Shown here in pieces: positions 10,201-17,820 of a DNA stretch of 64,000 nucleotides. Source of the stretch: an uncultured Lachnospiraceae bacterium (GTDB taxonomy: Bacteria; Bacillota; Clostridia; Lachnospirales; Lachnospiraceae); assembly GCA_947575805.1 (NCBI GenBank), contig CANPOY010000010.1, positions 164 through 64,163 on the forward strand, given 5' to 3'. Each line of letters starts with the position of its first letter. The first letter of the stretch is position 1. The notes beneath the pieces are model-generated. The model was not told the origin of the DNA. It did no database searches and was given only the letters and a program-made list of their open reading frames with translations. The position numbers and the translations under genes are program-made.

Positions 10201-11082
10201 ATGCAGTTGACAATCGAAAATCTGACAGTAAAATACGGTACGGAAATCGCTTTGGAGATCAAGGAGCCGCTGACGGTAAGCGAAGGCGACAGAGTGGGCA
10301 TTATCGGCTCCAACGGCGCCGGAAAGAGTACTTTGATCAAGAGTATTCTGGGGCTTGTAGAGTACCGCGGGAGTATCCGCACAGACTTAAATCCGCGGCA
10401 GATAGCTACCCACATGCAGTTCAACGAGTACACGGATGCCATGCCATGTAAGTACATCATGGAGGTGATTCTGGATACCAAGGTGTCTAAAAATCCCCGA
10501 CTCCAGGAGCTGATACATTATTTTGAATTTGAGGACTGTCTGCGAAAAAAATATGACAAGCTGTCGGGCGGCCAGAAGCAGCGGTTCACCATCATTATGG
10601 TGATGATGCAGGATGCGCCGCTGACCTTTTACGACGAGGTGACCTCCGGACTTGATTTTGAGACCAGGCAGAAGCTTGTGGAGAAGCTGGTAAACTGGTA
10701 TCAGGGTAAGACCTCCAGTCTTTGCATAGTATCTCATTATTATGAGGAGTTGGAGCAGTTGGCCAATAAAATACTGATTCTGGACAAGGGGAAGGTCATT
10801 GATTACGGAGACAGGGATCAGTTGTTTCGGAAATACTGCGGACGGGCGGTGGTTGTGTTTGACGCCCGGTCCCGGCATCAGGAGCTGGTAAAGGGCTATA
10901 GAAAGCTGGCATCTCCGGCTCACCTGACAGCACTGTCGGTAAAGGACGAAGCGGAGGAACTGGCAGTGACAAAGCTGCTGCTGGAAAATAATATTAATTA
11001 CCGACGCAGCAACAGCGACATTGAAATCATGTACAGCAATGCCAGGCAAACATTTTATGGGGAGGGTCAGGGTGATGAATAA
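10201..11082 (+). CDS. ABC transporter ATP-binding subunit
   Basis: GSNGAGKST, LSGGQKQR, FYDEVTSGLD, VSHY. Confidence 0.93.
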   Translation: MQLTIENLTVKYGTEIALEIKEPLTVSEGDRVGIIGSNGAGKSTLIKSILGLVEYRGSIRTDLNPRQIATHMQFNEYTDAMPCKYIMEVILDTKVSKNPRLQELIHYFEFEDCLRKKYDKLSGGQKQRFTIIMVMMQDAPLTFYDEVTSGLDFETRQKLVEKLVNWYQGKTSSLCIVSHYYEELEQLANKILILDKGKVIDYGDRDQLFRKYCGRAVVVFDARSRHQELVKGYRKLASPAHLTALSVKDEAEELAVTKLLLENNINYRRSNSDIEIMYSNARQTFYGEGQGDE

Positions 11083-11860
11083 ACAGATACAGAGAAAGAA
11101 GCTTTCGGCATCCATGCTGCTTTTCGAGTTTCGCAATATCACGGGTAATCCGTATATACACATATTTGGTATCGGGCTGCCGGTGCTGATGGTGCTGATA
11201 TTCGGAAACGTGCTGGCATCCAATATACCGGACGGGGAGATGTTGTCTAAGGCGGTGACGGGGCTTTTCCTGGGACTGGGGACGATGATACCCCTGGCGG
11301 CAATGCTGGTGGGCTATGCGGCGACCTTTTCCCAGGAGCTGGAAAAGGGGATTCCTCAACGGCTGGAGCTGTTTGGCATAGATCAGGGCATGACGATAGT
11401 CAGCCGGATTCTTGCCGAGCTGATCTTTCAGGTCTGCTCCTTTGTGATCTACTTTGCAGTGGGGGCTCTGATCCTGCGGATAGAGGCGCCTGCGGTGAAG
11501 GGGCTGTTCTGTTACATGATATGTATTGCGGCATTGGGGGTTATTTCTTTTGGGTTGGCTCATGCCGTTGCCCTGTTATTCCGTAAATTTGGCATTACCT
11601 ACTGCGTTACCATGATACTTTATTTCTGCATTATGATAGTCAGCGGGATGATGGGGATAGACTATGAGATGCTGCCCCCGCCGGTACAGGCGGCAGCCAG
11701 ACTGCTGCCCACCCACTATTTTGTCAAAGATTTCGCGGATATTTGGCAGGGCAGAGAATATAACTTTATACCCATGCTGCAGGCATATCTGTTTACGGGG
11801 GCATTGGCAGGCGTTCTGTTGTTTTTCAGCTTACGGCGCAGGGCAGGGAAAAACGCATAA
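11075..11860 (+). CDS. ABC-2 type permease
   Basis: About six hydrophobic segments; overlaps the ATPase stop; LLPTHY motif. Confidence 0.88.
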   Translation: MNKQIQRKKLSASMLLFEFRNITGNPYIHIFGIGLPVLMVLIFGNVLASNIPDGEMLSKAVTGLFLGLGTMIPLAAMLVGYAATFSQELEKGIPQRLELFGIDQGMTIVSRILAELIFQVCSFVIYFAVGALILRIEAPAVKGLFCYMICIAALGVISFGLAHAVALLFRKFGITYCVTMILYFCIMIVSGMMGIDYEMLPPPVQAAARLLPTHYFVKDFADIWQGREYNFIPMLQAYLFTGALAGVLLFFSLRRRAGKNA

Positions 11861-11866
11861 TCAGGA

Positions 11867-11898
11867 AATCGTCACTTTTACAGGGTGGCGATTTTTTT
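11867..11898 (+). terminator. Intrinsic terminator
   Basis: AATCGTCAC-ttttacagg-GTGGCGATT plus a T run. Confidence 0.75.
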
Positions 11899-11918
11899 GT
11901 CAAATCAAAGGATGCAGG

Positions 11919-11947
11919 TTGACAATTAAGTAAGCGTTACATATAAT
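11919..11947 (+). promoter_or_regulatory. Consensus sigmaA promoter
   Basis: TTGACA(11919)-17 nt-TATAAT(11942). Confidence 0.8.
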
Positions 11948-12050
11948 AAAGTTACATATGTTGCACTACATATGTTTTGCAACAGAGATAACAGTCTGAA
12001 ATGTGTTTGTTATGTTTCACATTTCTGTTTAAGCTGCCCTGGAGATTGAT

Positions 12051-12677
12051 ATGCCACGAAAATTTATGTTTACAAAAGAAGAAATTATCTCCGCAGCCCT
12101 GGAGCTGACCAGAAGAGGCGGGATGCCGGCTCTGACCGCCAGAGCCCTGGGAGCGGAGCTGGGTACCTCATCCCGGCCGGTATTCGGCCTTTTTAAAAAT
12201 ATGGAAGAGGTACAGACGGAGGTTTTAAAAGCGGCAAATAACTTATATCAAAGCTATCTGAGGGAGGATATGATAAGCGGAAAATATCCGCCTTATAAGG
12301 CAAGCGGCATGGCATATATCCGCTTTGCCAGAGAGGAAAGGGAGCTTTTCCGGCTGCTCTTTATGCGTGACCGTTCCCGGGAAAAGGTGGAGGAAAGCAG
12401 GGAGGAAATACGGCCGCTGCTGGAAATTATCAAACGGCAGCTGGGTCTTAAGGAAGAGGATGCTTATTGCTTTCATATTGAAATGTGGATATATGTTCAT
12501 GGTATAGCGACCATGCTGGCAACCTCCTATCTGGAATGGGATCAAGAGTTTATCAGCAGGGTACTTACAGACGGATATGAGGGTATGAAAGCCAGATATA
12601 CGGCATTACAATCACAAAACCAGGAGGAACAAACCAATGGAGGCAATTCAAACGCAACGCCTGACAAAAAAGTATAA
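12051..12677 (+). CDS. TetR/AcrR-family regulator
   Basis: N-terminal HTH (KEEIISAALELTRRGG...ELGTSSRPVFGLFKNMEEV), GMAYIRFA...LFRLLF. Confidence 0.9.
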   Translation: MPRKFMFTKEEIISAALELTRRGGMPALTARALGAELGTSSRPVFGLFKNMEEVQTEVLKAANNLYQSYLREDMISGKYPPYKASGMAYIRFAREERELFRLLFMRDRSREKVEESREEIRPLLEIIKRQLGLKEEDAYCFHIEMWIYVHGIATMLATSYLEWDQEFISRVLTDGYEGMKARYTALQSQNQEEQTNGGNSNATPDKKV

Positions 12678-13380
12678 AGGTCTCACTGCAGTAGACAGCC
12701 TTGATCTGGTTGTACATGAGGGTGAGCTTTTTTCGCTCTTAGGCATCAACGGGGCAGGGAAAACCACAACGATCAAAATGTTATCCTGTCTGACCAGGCC
12801 CACGGGCGGAGATGCAATACTTCTCGGCAGCAGTATTGTCAGGACTACGGCAGAGGTCAAGAATATGATCGGTGTATCACCTCAGGAAACGGCAGTTGCA
12901 CCTAATCTGACCGTGAAAGAAAATCTGGAGCTGATGTGCGGTGTTCACGGTTTTCCGCGGGAAAAGAGAAATCGAAAGGTCGAAGAACTTACGAAGCAGT
13001 TTGAGCTTGCACAAATTTCCGGGAAAAAGGCGGGCAAACTTTCTGGGGGCTGGCAGCGCAGGCTGAGTATCGCCATGGCACTGATCAGCGAGCCGAAAAT
13101 ATTGTTTCTCGATGAACCGACCCTGGGGCTGGATGTGCTTGCCAGAAGCGATTTGTGGGATAACATTCTTTCCCTCAAGGGCAGGATCACTATGATACTG
13201 ACCACACATTATATGGAAGAAGCGGAAGCGCTTTCTGACCGCATTGGCATTATGAAAGGCGGAAAGCTTCTTGCCCTGGGAACAGCGGAGGAATTAAAGA
13301 ATAAAGCAGGTACGGATAAATTTGAGGACGCATTTATAGCAATTGTAAAAGGGGAGCGGCCCCTTAATGGAGGGAATTAA
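12637..13380 (+). CDS. ABC transporter ATP-binding subunit
   Basis: GINGAGKTT, LSGGWQRR, FLDEPTLGLD, TTHY; RBS aggagg. Confidence 0.95.
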   Translation: MEAIQTQRLTKKYKGLTAVDSLDLVVHEGELFSLLGINGAGKTTTIKMLSCLTRPTGGDAILLGSSIVRTTAEVKNMIGVSPQETAVAPNLTVKENLELMCGVHGFPREKRNRKVEELTKQFELAQISGKKAGKLSGGWQRRLSIAMALISEPKILFLDEPTLGLDVLARSDLWDNILSLKGRITMILTTHYMEEAEALSDRIGIMKGGKLLALGTAEELKNKAGTDKFEDAFIAIVKGERPLNGGN

Positions 13381-13381
13381 A

Positions 13382-14113
13382 ATGAGAGTGCTTACTTTTT
13401 CCGGAAGAACGGCCAAAGAGATATTACGGGATCCCCTGAATCTTGCGTTCGGCTTAGGCTTTCCCCTTGTGCTGATATTCCTGCTGTCCGCAATACAGGC
13501 GAATATACCGGTAAGCCTTTTTGAAATAGAAAGGCTTACTCCCGGCATTACAGTATTCGGGCTTTCCTTCATGGCGCTGTTTGCATCCACGCTGGTGGCA
13601 AGAGACAGGGAGAGTGCCCTGCTCCAAAGGCTTTACACTACTCCGCTCACTGCTGCAGATTTCATTTTCGGGTATATGCTGCCGATTCTGCCGATCGCGG
13701 TGGCCCAGAGCATTGTCTGCTATATTGCGGCAATATGCTTAGGGCTGCCTGTTACCGTGACGATTGTATATGCGGTGCTGTTTATCATACCGGTGTCCTT
13801 ATTCTTTATTGCTTTAGGCCTGCTGTGCGGCAGTGTGTTCGGCGTGAAGCAGGTGGGGGGGATCTGCGGCGCCCTGCTTACCAATTTGACGGCTTTTCTG
13901 TCCGGTGTGTGGTTTGACCTGGATCTCGTGGGCGGTACCTTTCGGAAAATAGCCAATCTCCTGCCCTTTGTTCATGCGGTGGAGCTGGAAAGAGCCGTGC
14001 TGAATGGCAACTATGCCCAAGTCCTCCCCCATATCGGGTGGGTGCTTGGCTATACGCTTGCGGTCGCCGCTCTGGCTGTATTGCTTTTTTTGCGGCAGAT
14101 GAAACGGCAGTAA
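13382..14113 (+). CDS. ABC-2 type permease
   Basis: EILRDP, hydrophobic segments, LLPFVHAVE. Confidence 0.9.
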   Translation: MRVLTFSGRTAKEILRDPLNLAFGLGFPLVLIFLLSAIQANIPVSLFEIERLTPGITVFGLSFMALFASTLVARDRESALLQRLYTTPLTAADFIFGYMLPILPIAVAQSIVCYIAAICLGLPVTVTIVYAVLFIIPVSLFFIALGLLCGSVFGVKQVGGICGALLTNLTAFLSGVWFDLDLVGGTFRKIANLLPFVHAVELERAVLNGNYAQVLPHIGWVLGYTLAVAALAVLLFLRQMKRQ

Positions 14114-14124
14114 AGGATATGGGA

Positions 14125-14817
14125 CTAATCCAGACCGCATTTCTTATAGGATAAAATGAAAAGCACCGTAAACAGAAGGAGGTTTGCACTGATGATGGAA
14201 ATACTGTCAGGTTTAAGACTTTGGGCATCCATCTGCTCAAGCATCAGGACAACCTGCTGGGAATAGGTAAACCTGGCTACTTTTGCAATACCGGTGTTGA
14301 ACATTGACAGCATGGGCAGAAACGAGAAAATCATCATTACCGGCACGGATACGGAGGCTGCCATCATCTGGGTTTTACTTCGGGTACCTATGGCCGCACC
14401 CAGCAGCAGGGAGGCCAGGATGCCTGCCGCCATAATGCCCAGGAAGGTAAGGCCGCCCTGCAGGGTATAGCTTCCTGCGGCGCACATGACTGCGGCTCCC
14501 AGCATGCAGGCGAGCCAGATGTAGCTGCCCACTCCGAGTAAATATTCATAGGGCTTCACATTGGACATCAGCAGGACTCGCAGGGTATTTTGCTCCTTTT
14601 CTTCTGCAATAATAGCCGAAACGGCGGTCAGCGGCGCCATACCTACGTACATGGCTGCGAACATATTGACAAAGAAATTCATGGGCATTCCGTCTATCCG
14701 TACCGTATTGTTCATGATCACGGTCAGCACGGGAAAGAGGATAAACTGAATCAACACGGTTTTGTTTTTAAAGGTATCTTTGATCTGTTTTTTTAAAATT
14801 GCAATAATATTATTCAT
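14125..14817 (-). CDS. ABC-2 type permease
   Basis: AIIAEEKEQNTLRVLLMSNV motif, multiple TM segments; ATG 14817 with an RBS. Confidence 0.88.
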   Translation of the reverse strand: MNNIIAILKKQIKDTFKNKTVLIQFILFPVLTVIMNNTVRIDGMPMNFFVNMFAAMYVGMAPLTAVSAIIAEEKEQNTLRVLLMSNVKPYEYLLGVGSYIWLACMLGAAVMCAAGSYTLQGGLTFLGIMAAGILASLLLGAAIGTRSKTQMMAASVSVPVMMIFSFLPMLSMFNTGIAKVARFTYSQQVVLMLEQMDAQSLKPDSISIISANLLLFTVLFILSYKKCGLD

Positions 14818-14848
14818 GTTGGCTCCTTCGGAAAAGATTTTCGTGTTT

Positions 14849-15748
14849 TTAGATACCGGTGCGGTCGGCACAGGCTTCCAGTTTTTCCCCGGTTAGTTCG
14901 ATAAAAACTGTTTCCAGCGTCGGTTCCGTGGAATGTATGGTCTCAATGGCTTCCTGCTCCAGATATTCCTTTATCTGCAGAGCGGAAGCGCTGCTGTTTT
15001 CCAGTGAAACCGTCCGGCCGTTCTTTAAGGTCAGCATAAGTCTGTTCAGGTGATTATATTTCCTGCGAACATCCTCCGGTGTTCCGTATTCCAGAATACG
15101 TCCCCGGCTCAACAGCGCTACATGGTCGCAGAGGGCTTCTGCCTCGTACATATTGTGGGTGGTGAGGAAAATGGTGGCGCCCCGCTTTCTTTGGGCCTCT
15201 AAAACACTGTGGATCTCCCTGGTGGTAACAGGATCCAGCCCGGAGGTGGGTTCGTCCAGAAACAGGATTCCGGCGTCATTCATCAGGGCCCTGGCCAGGG
15301 ACAACCGGTTTTTCATGCCCTTGGAAAGCTTTGCGGCGGCAGTGTTTCTGGCCTCATACAAGCCTATATTTTTTAAAATATCGGCAATCCTGCTTCGGGA
15401 AACGTGATAAATGTCTGCGTAAAACGAAAGGTTGTCATAGACAGACAGGCGGTCGTACAGCCCGAAATTATCCATCATGATCCCGATCCGGTTATGCTCC
15501 GCGGCCTGCAGTTTCCCAGTGTCCCGGCCCAGAAGCATGGCACAGCCCTCATCCGGCTTAAGCTGCCCGGTGAGAAGTTTGATCAGGGTGGTCTTACCTG
15601 CGCCGGAGGGTCCTAAAAGGCCGAAGATTTCTCCTGCTGATATTTCGAAGCTGACATGATTAAGAACCTGATTTGTGCCGAAGCGGAAGGAAAGCTCCCG
15701 AGCTATGACAGTGCTTTCGGATTTAGATTTTTGCGTTTCCCTGTTCAT
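14849..15748 (-). CDS. ABC transporter ATP-binding subunit
   Basis: GPSGAGKTT, LSKGMKNR, FLDEPTSGLD, TTHNM, EPTLETVFIELTG. Confidence 0.95.
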   Translation of the reverse strand: MNRETQKSKSESTVIARELSFRFGTNQVLNHVSFEISAGEIFGLLGPSGAGKTTLIKLLTGQLKPDEGCAMLLGRDTGKLQAAEHNRIGIMMDNFGLYDRLSVYDNLSFYADIYHVSRSRIADILKNIGLYEARNTAAAKLSKGMKNRLSLARALMNDAGILFLDEPTSGLDPVTTREIHSVLEAQRKRGATIFLTTHNMYEAEALCDHVALLSRGRILEYGTPEDVRRKYNHLNRLMLTLKNGRTVSLENSSASALQIKEYLEQEAIETIHSTEPTLETVFIELTGEKLEACADRTGI

Positions 15749-16226
15749 GATATAACTCCTCCTGTTTCTTTAATTTTTGCAGTGCTTCTTCCATTCGTCT
15801 GTTTTCTTGCTTTTCCCGGATAGTGGTTACCAGCCAGCTGCCAACAAAGGATATGCCGAAGCAGAGAAAGAACATCGTCCAGGGCTGCCACATATTGGCG
15901 GGAAACCAGCCGAAGGCTATGATGAATACAACAATGACAAGGATTACGGCAGTCAGCATACAGACGGTTCGCGCCCAGAGGGGCATTTGCTTTATTAAGG
16001 TATCCGTAAAAAACACAAACCGGAGGCCCGTAACGATAGCAGATATGCAGAGGAACTCAAAAGCAATCCCCGTTGGAACGCCCCGGCCTCCCAACTCAAA
16101 CATGGAGGAGAAGCCCCGGGCAGATTCCCCGAAAGCAAGACAGAAAATGTTCAGCATCAGCATTGCAAATCCGAATATCATTAATATCTGTGCCAAATAA
16201 TCAAAAATTGTTTTTCTTTTTTCCAT
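15723..16226 (-). CDS. DUF3021-like membrane protein (inhibitor component of a LytTR regulatory system)
   Basis: Four TM segments, FGWFP motif, directly downstream of an isolated LytTR gene. Confidence 0.75.
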   Translation of the reverse strand: MEKRKTIFDYLAQILMIFGFAMLMLNIFCLAFGESARGFSSMFELGGRGVPTGIAFEFLCISAIVTGLRFVFFTDTLIKQMPLWARTVCMLTAVILVIVVFIIAFGWFPANMWQPWTMFFLCFGISFVGSWLVTTIREKQENRRMEEALQKLKKQEELYHEQGNAKI

Positions 16227-16667
16227 TCATTTTACCCCCAGCCTTTTCTTCAAGTCATCGGCGTACTGCCGTGACGCGATGATTTGTTCTCCGTTTGACA
16301 TGGTGACACGGATTCTTCTGTTAATGTCAGCCCTTAAGGATTGAATGCTTCGAAGCTGGATTAAAAATGACTTGCTTACCCGGAAGAAGCCGTATTCCTC
16401 CAGCTGTTGCTCCAATTCGTATAAACGGAACTCGGATTCATATACATGGTCGCAGGTGTAGATATAGCATTTCCTGTCCACACTTTCTATGTATATGACC
16501 TGAGCAATATCAAGCAAATGAATTTCATCCTCTTTCCTGGCTGTCAACTGGTGATTCATCGTCCGCAATGCTGCCAGAAGCTTTTCTATATCCGGTGTCA
16601 GCTCTCTGCAGGTTACGGAGATCTCTAAATCCTGAGCCGTTTCGTCTACATTAATTTCTATCTTCAA
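16227..16667 (-). CDS. LytTR-only DNA-binding regulator
   Basis: IIYIESVDRKCYIY...LYELEQQL...FFRVSKSFLI...SRQY; no receiver domain. Confidence 0.92.
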   Translation of the reverse strand: MKIEINVDETAQDLEISVTCRELTPDIEKLLAALRTMNHQLTARKEDEIHLLDIAQVIYIESVDRKCYIYTCDHVYESEFRLYELEQQLEEYGFFRVSKSFLIQLRSIQSLRADINRRIRVTMSNGEQIIASRQYADDLKKRLGVK

Positions 16668-16704
16668 AGAATCACCGCCCTTCCGTTGCTTTACTCATGG
16701 CATC

Positions 16705-16776
16705 AGTATATATAAATATGACCCGCATATCAATCCTTCAAACACAGGATGCCGTTTTTATGACATAAGATGCCGC
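16705..16776 (-). promoter_or_regulatory. LytTR box and promoter of the LytTR operon
   Basis: Minus strand: GCGGCATCT-12 nt-ACGGCATCC (16776-16747), 13 nt, then TTGATA-17 nt-TATACT. Confidence 0.8.
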
Positions 16777-16787
16777 AAAGCTGCTGA

Positions 16788-16816
16788 TTGTGAAAAAACG
16801 AGGAAGATGGTATAAT
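16788..16816 (+). promoter_or_regulatory. Divergent sigmaA promoter for the WYL gene
   Basis: TTGTGA-17 nt-TATAAT with extended TG. Confidence 0.65.
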
Positions 16817-16900
16817 GGAATTTAAGTAATAGAAAATGCGAAGCAGTTTCTATATATGGCGCAAACAGCCTGCGCCAGCACAGGATGATAAGGAGTTCTC

Positions 16901-17818
16901 ATGAAAATAGAAAGGTTGATCGGGATATTATCGGAGCTTTTGCAGAAGGATATGGTCACTGCACCTGAGCTGGCCCGGCGTTTTGAGGTCTCCAGAAGAA
17001 CCATAGGCAGGGATATTGAGGATCTGTGCAGGGCAGGAATTCCTGTGAGTACCAGGCAGGGCATCGGGGGCGGTATCAGCATAATGGAGGGATACCGGGT
17101 GGACAGGACGCTGCTGACCTCCAGGGATATGCAGATGATCCTGGCGGGTCTCCGCAGTCTGGACAGTGTCAGCGGAAACCATTATTACAGACGGCTCATG
17201 GAAAAGCTGCAGCCGGGTTCTTCTGATTTTATTAATGGAAGGGATTCCGTTCTTATTGACCTGTCCTCCTGGCATAGGGATGCTCTGGCACTTAAAATCG
17301 AAGCGATACAGACGGCAATTGACGGAAATCACTGGCTTGCCTTTCATTACTATGGGCCAAGGGGGGAGAGCAGCCGCATCATTGAGCCCTATTATCTGGT
17401 ATTTAAATGGTCAAGCTGGTATGTGTGGGGCTGGTGCAGGGCGCGGGAGGATTTCCGGCTGTTTAAACTGAACCGGATGGAGCAGCTGAACGTATCTGCA
17501 GAGCAATTTGAGAGCAGGGAAGTTCCTCTGCCGGATCTGCAGGACGAGCGTGTTTTTCCCGGCGGTATCCCGGTGAAGGCATTGTTTGAACCGGAAATGA
17601 AATGGCGTTTGGTGGATGATTACGGGCCCTGTTGTTTTGAAGAGCAGCCGGACGGCAGACTCCTGTTTCACGGGGAGTATACGAACAGGGAAAATCTGAC
17701 CCAATGGCTGCTGGCTTTCGGAGATAAGGTAAGACTTTTGGAGCCGGAAGATTTGCGGGTGGAGCTGCTGAAGACGGCAGAAGCCATGGCGGCAGTATAC
17801 AGGGAGGCCAGGGAATAA
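16901..17818 (+). CDS. YafY-family HTH-WYL transcriptional regulator
   Basis: ELARRFEVSRRTIGRDI, G.GGG, WYL-domain IEPYYLVFKWSSWYVWGWC...FRLFKLNRM. Confidence 0.92.
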   Translation: MKIERLIGILSELLQKDMVTAPELARRFEVSRRTIGRDIEDLCRAGIPVSTRQGIGGGISIMEGYRVDRTLLTSRDMQMILAGLRSLDSVSGNHYYRRLMEKLQPGSSDFINGRDSVLIDLSSWHRDALALKIEAIQTAIDGNHWLAFHYYGPRGESSRIIEPYYLVFKWSSWYVWGWCRAREDFRLFKLNRMEQLNVSAEQFESREVPLPDLQDERVFPGGIPVKALFEPEMKWRLVDDYGPCCFEEQPDGRLLFHGEYTNRENLTQWLLAFGDKVRLLEPEDLRVELLKTAEAMAAVYREARE

Positions 17819-17820
17819 CG

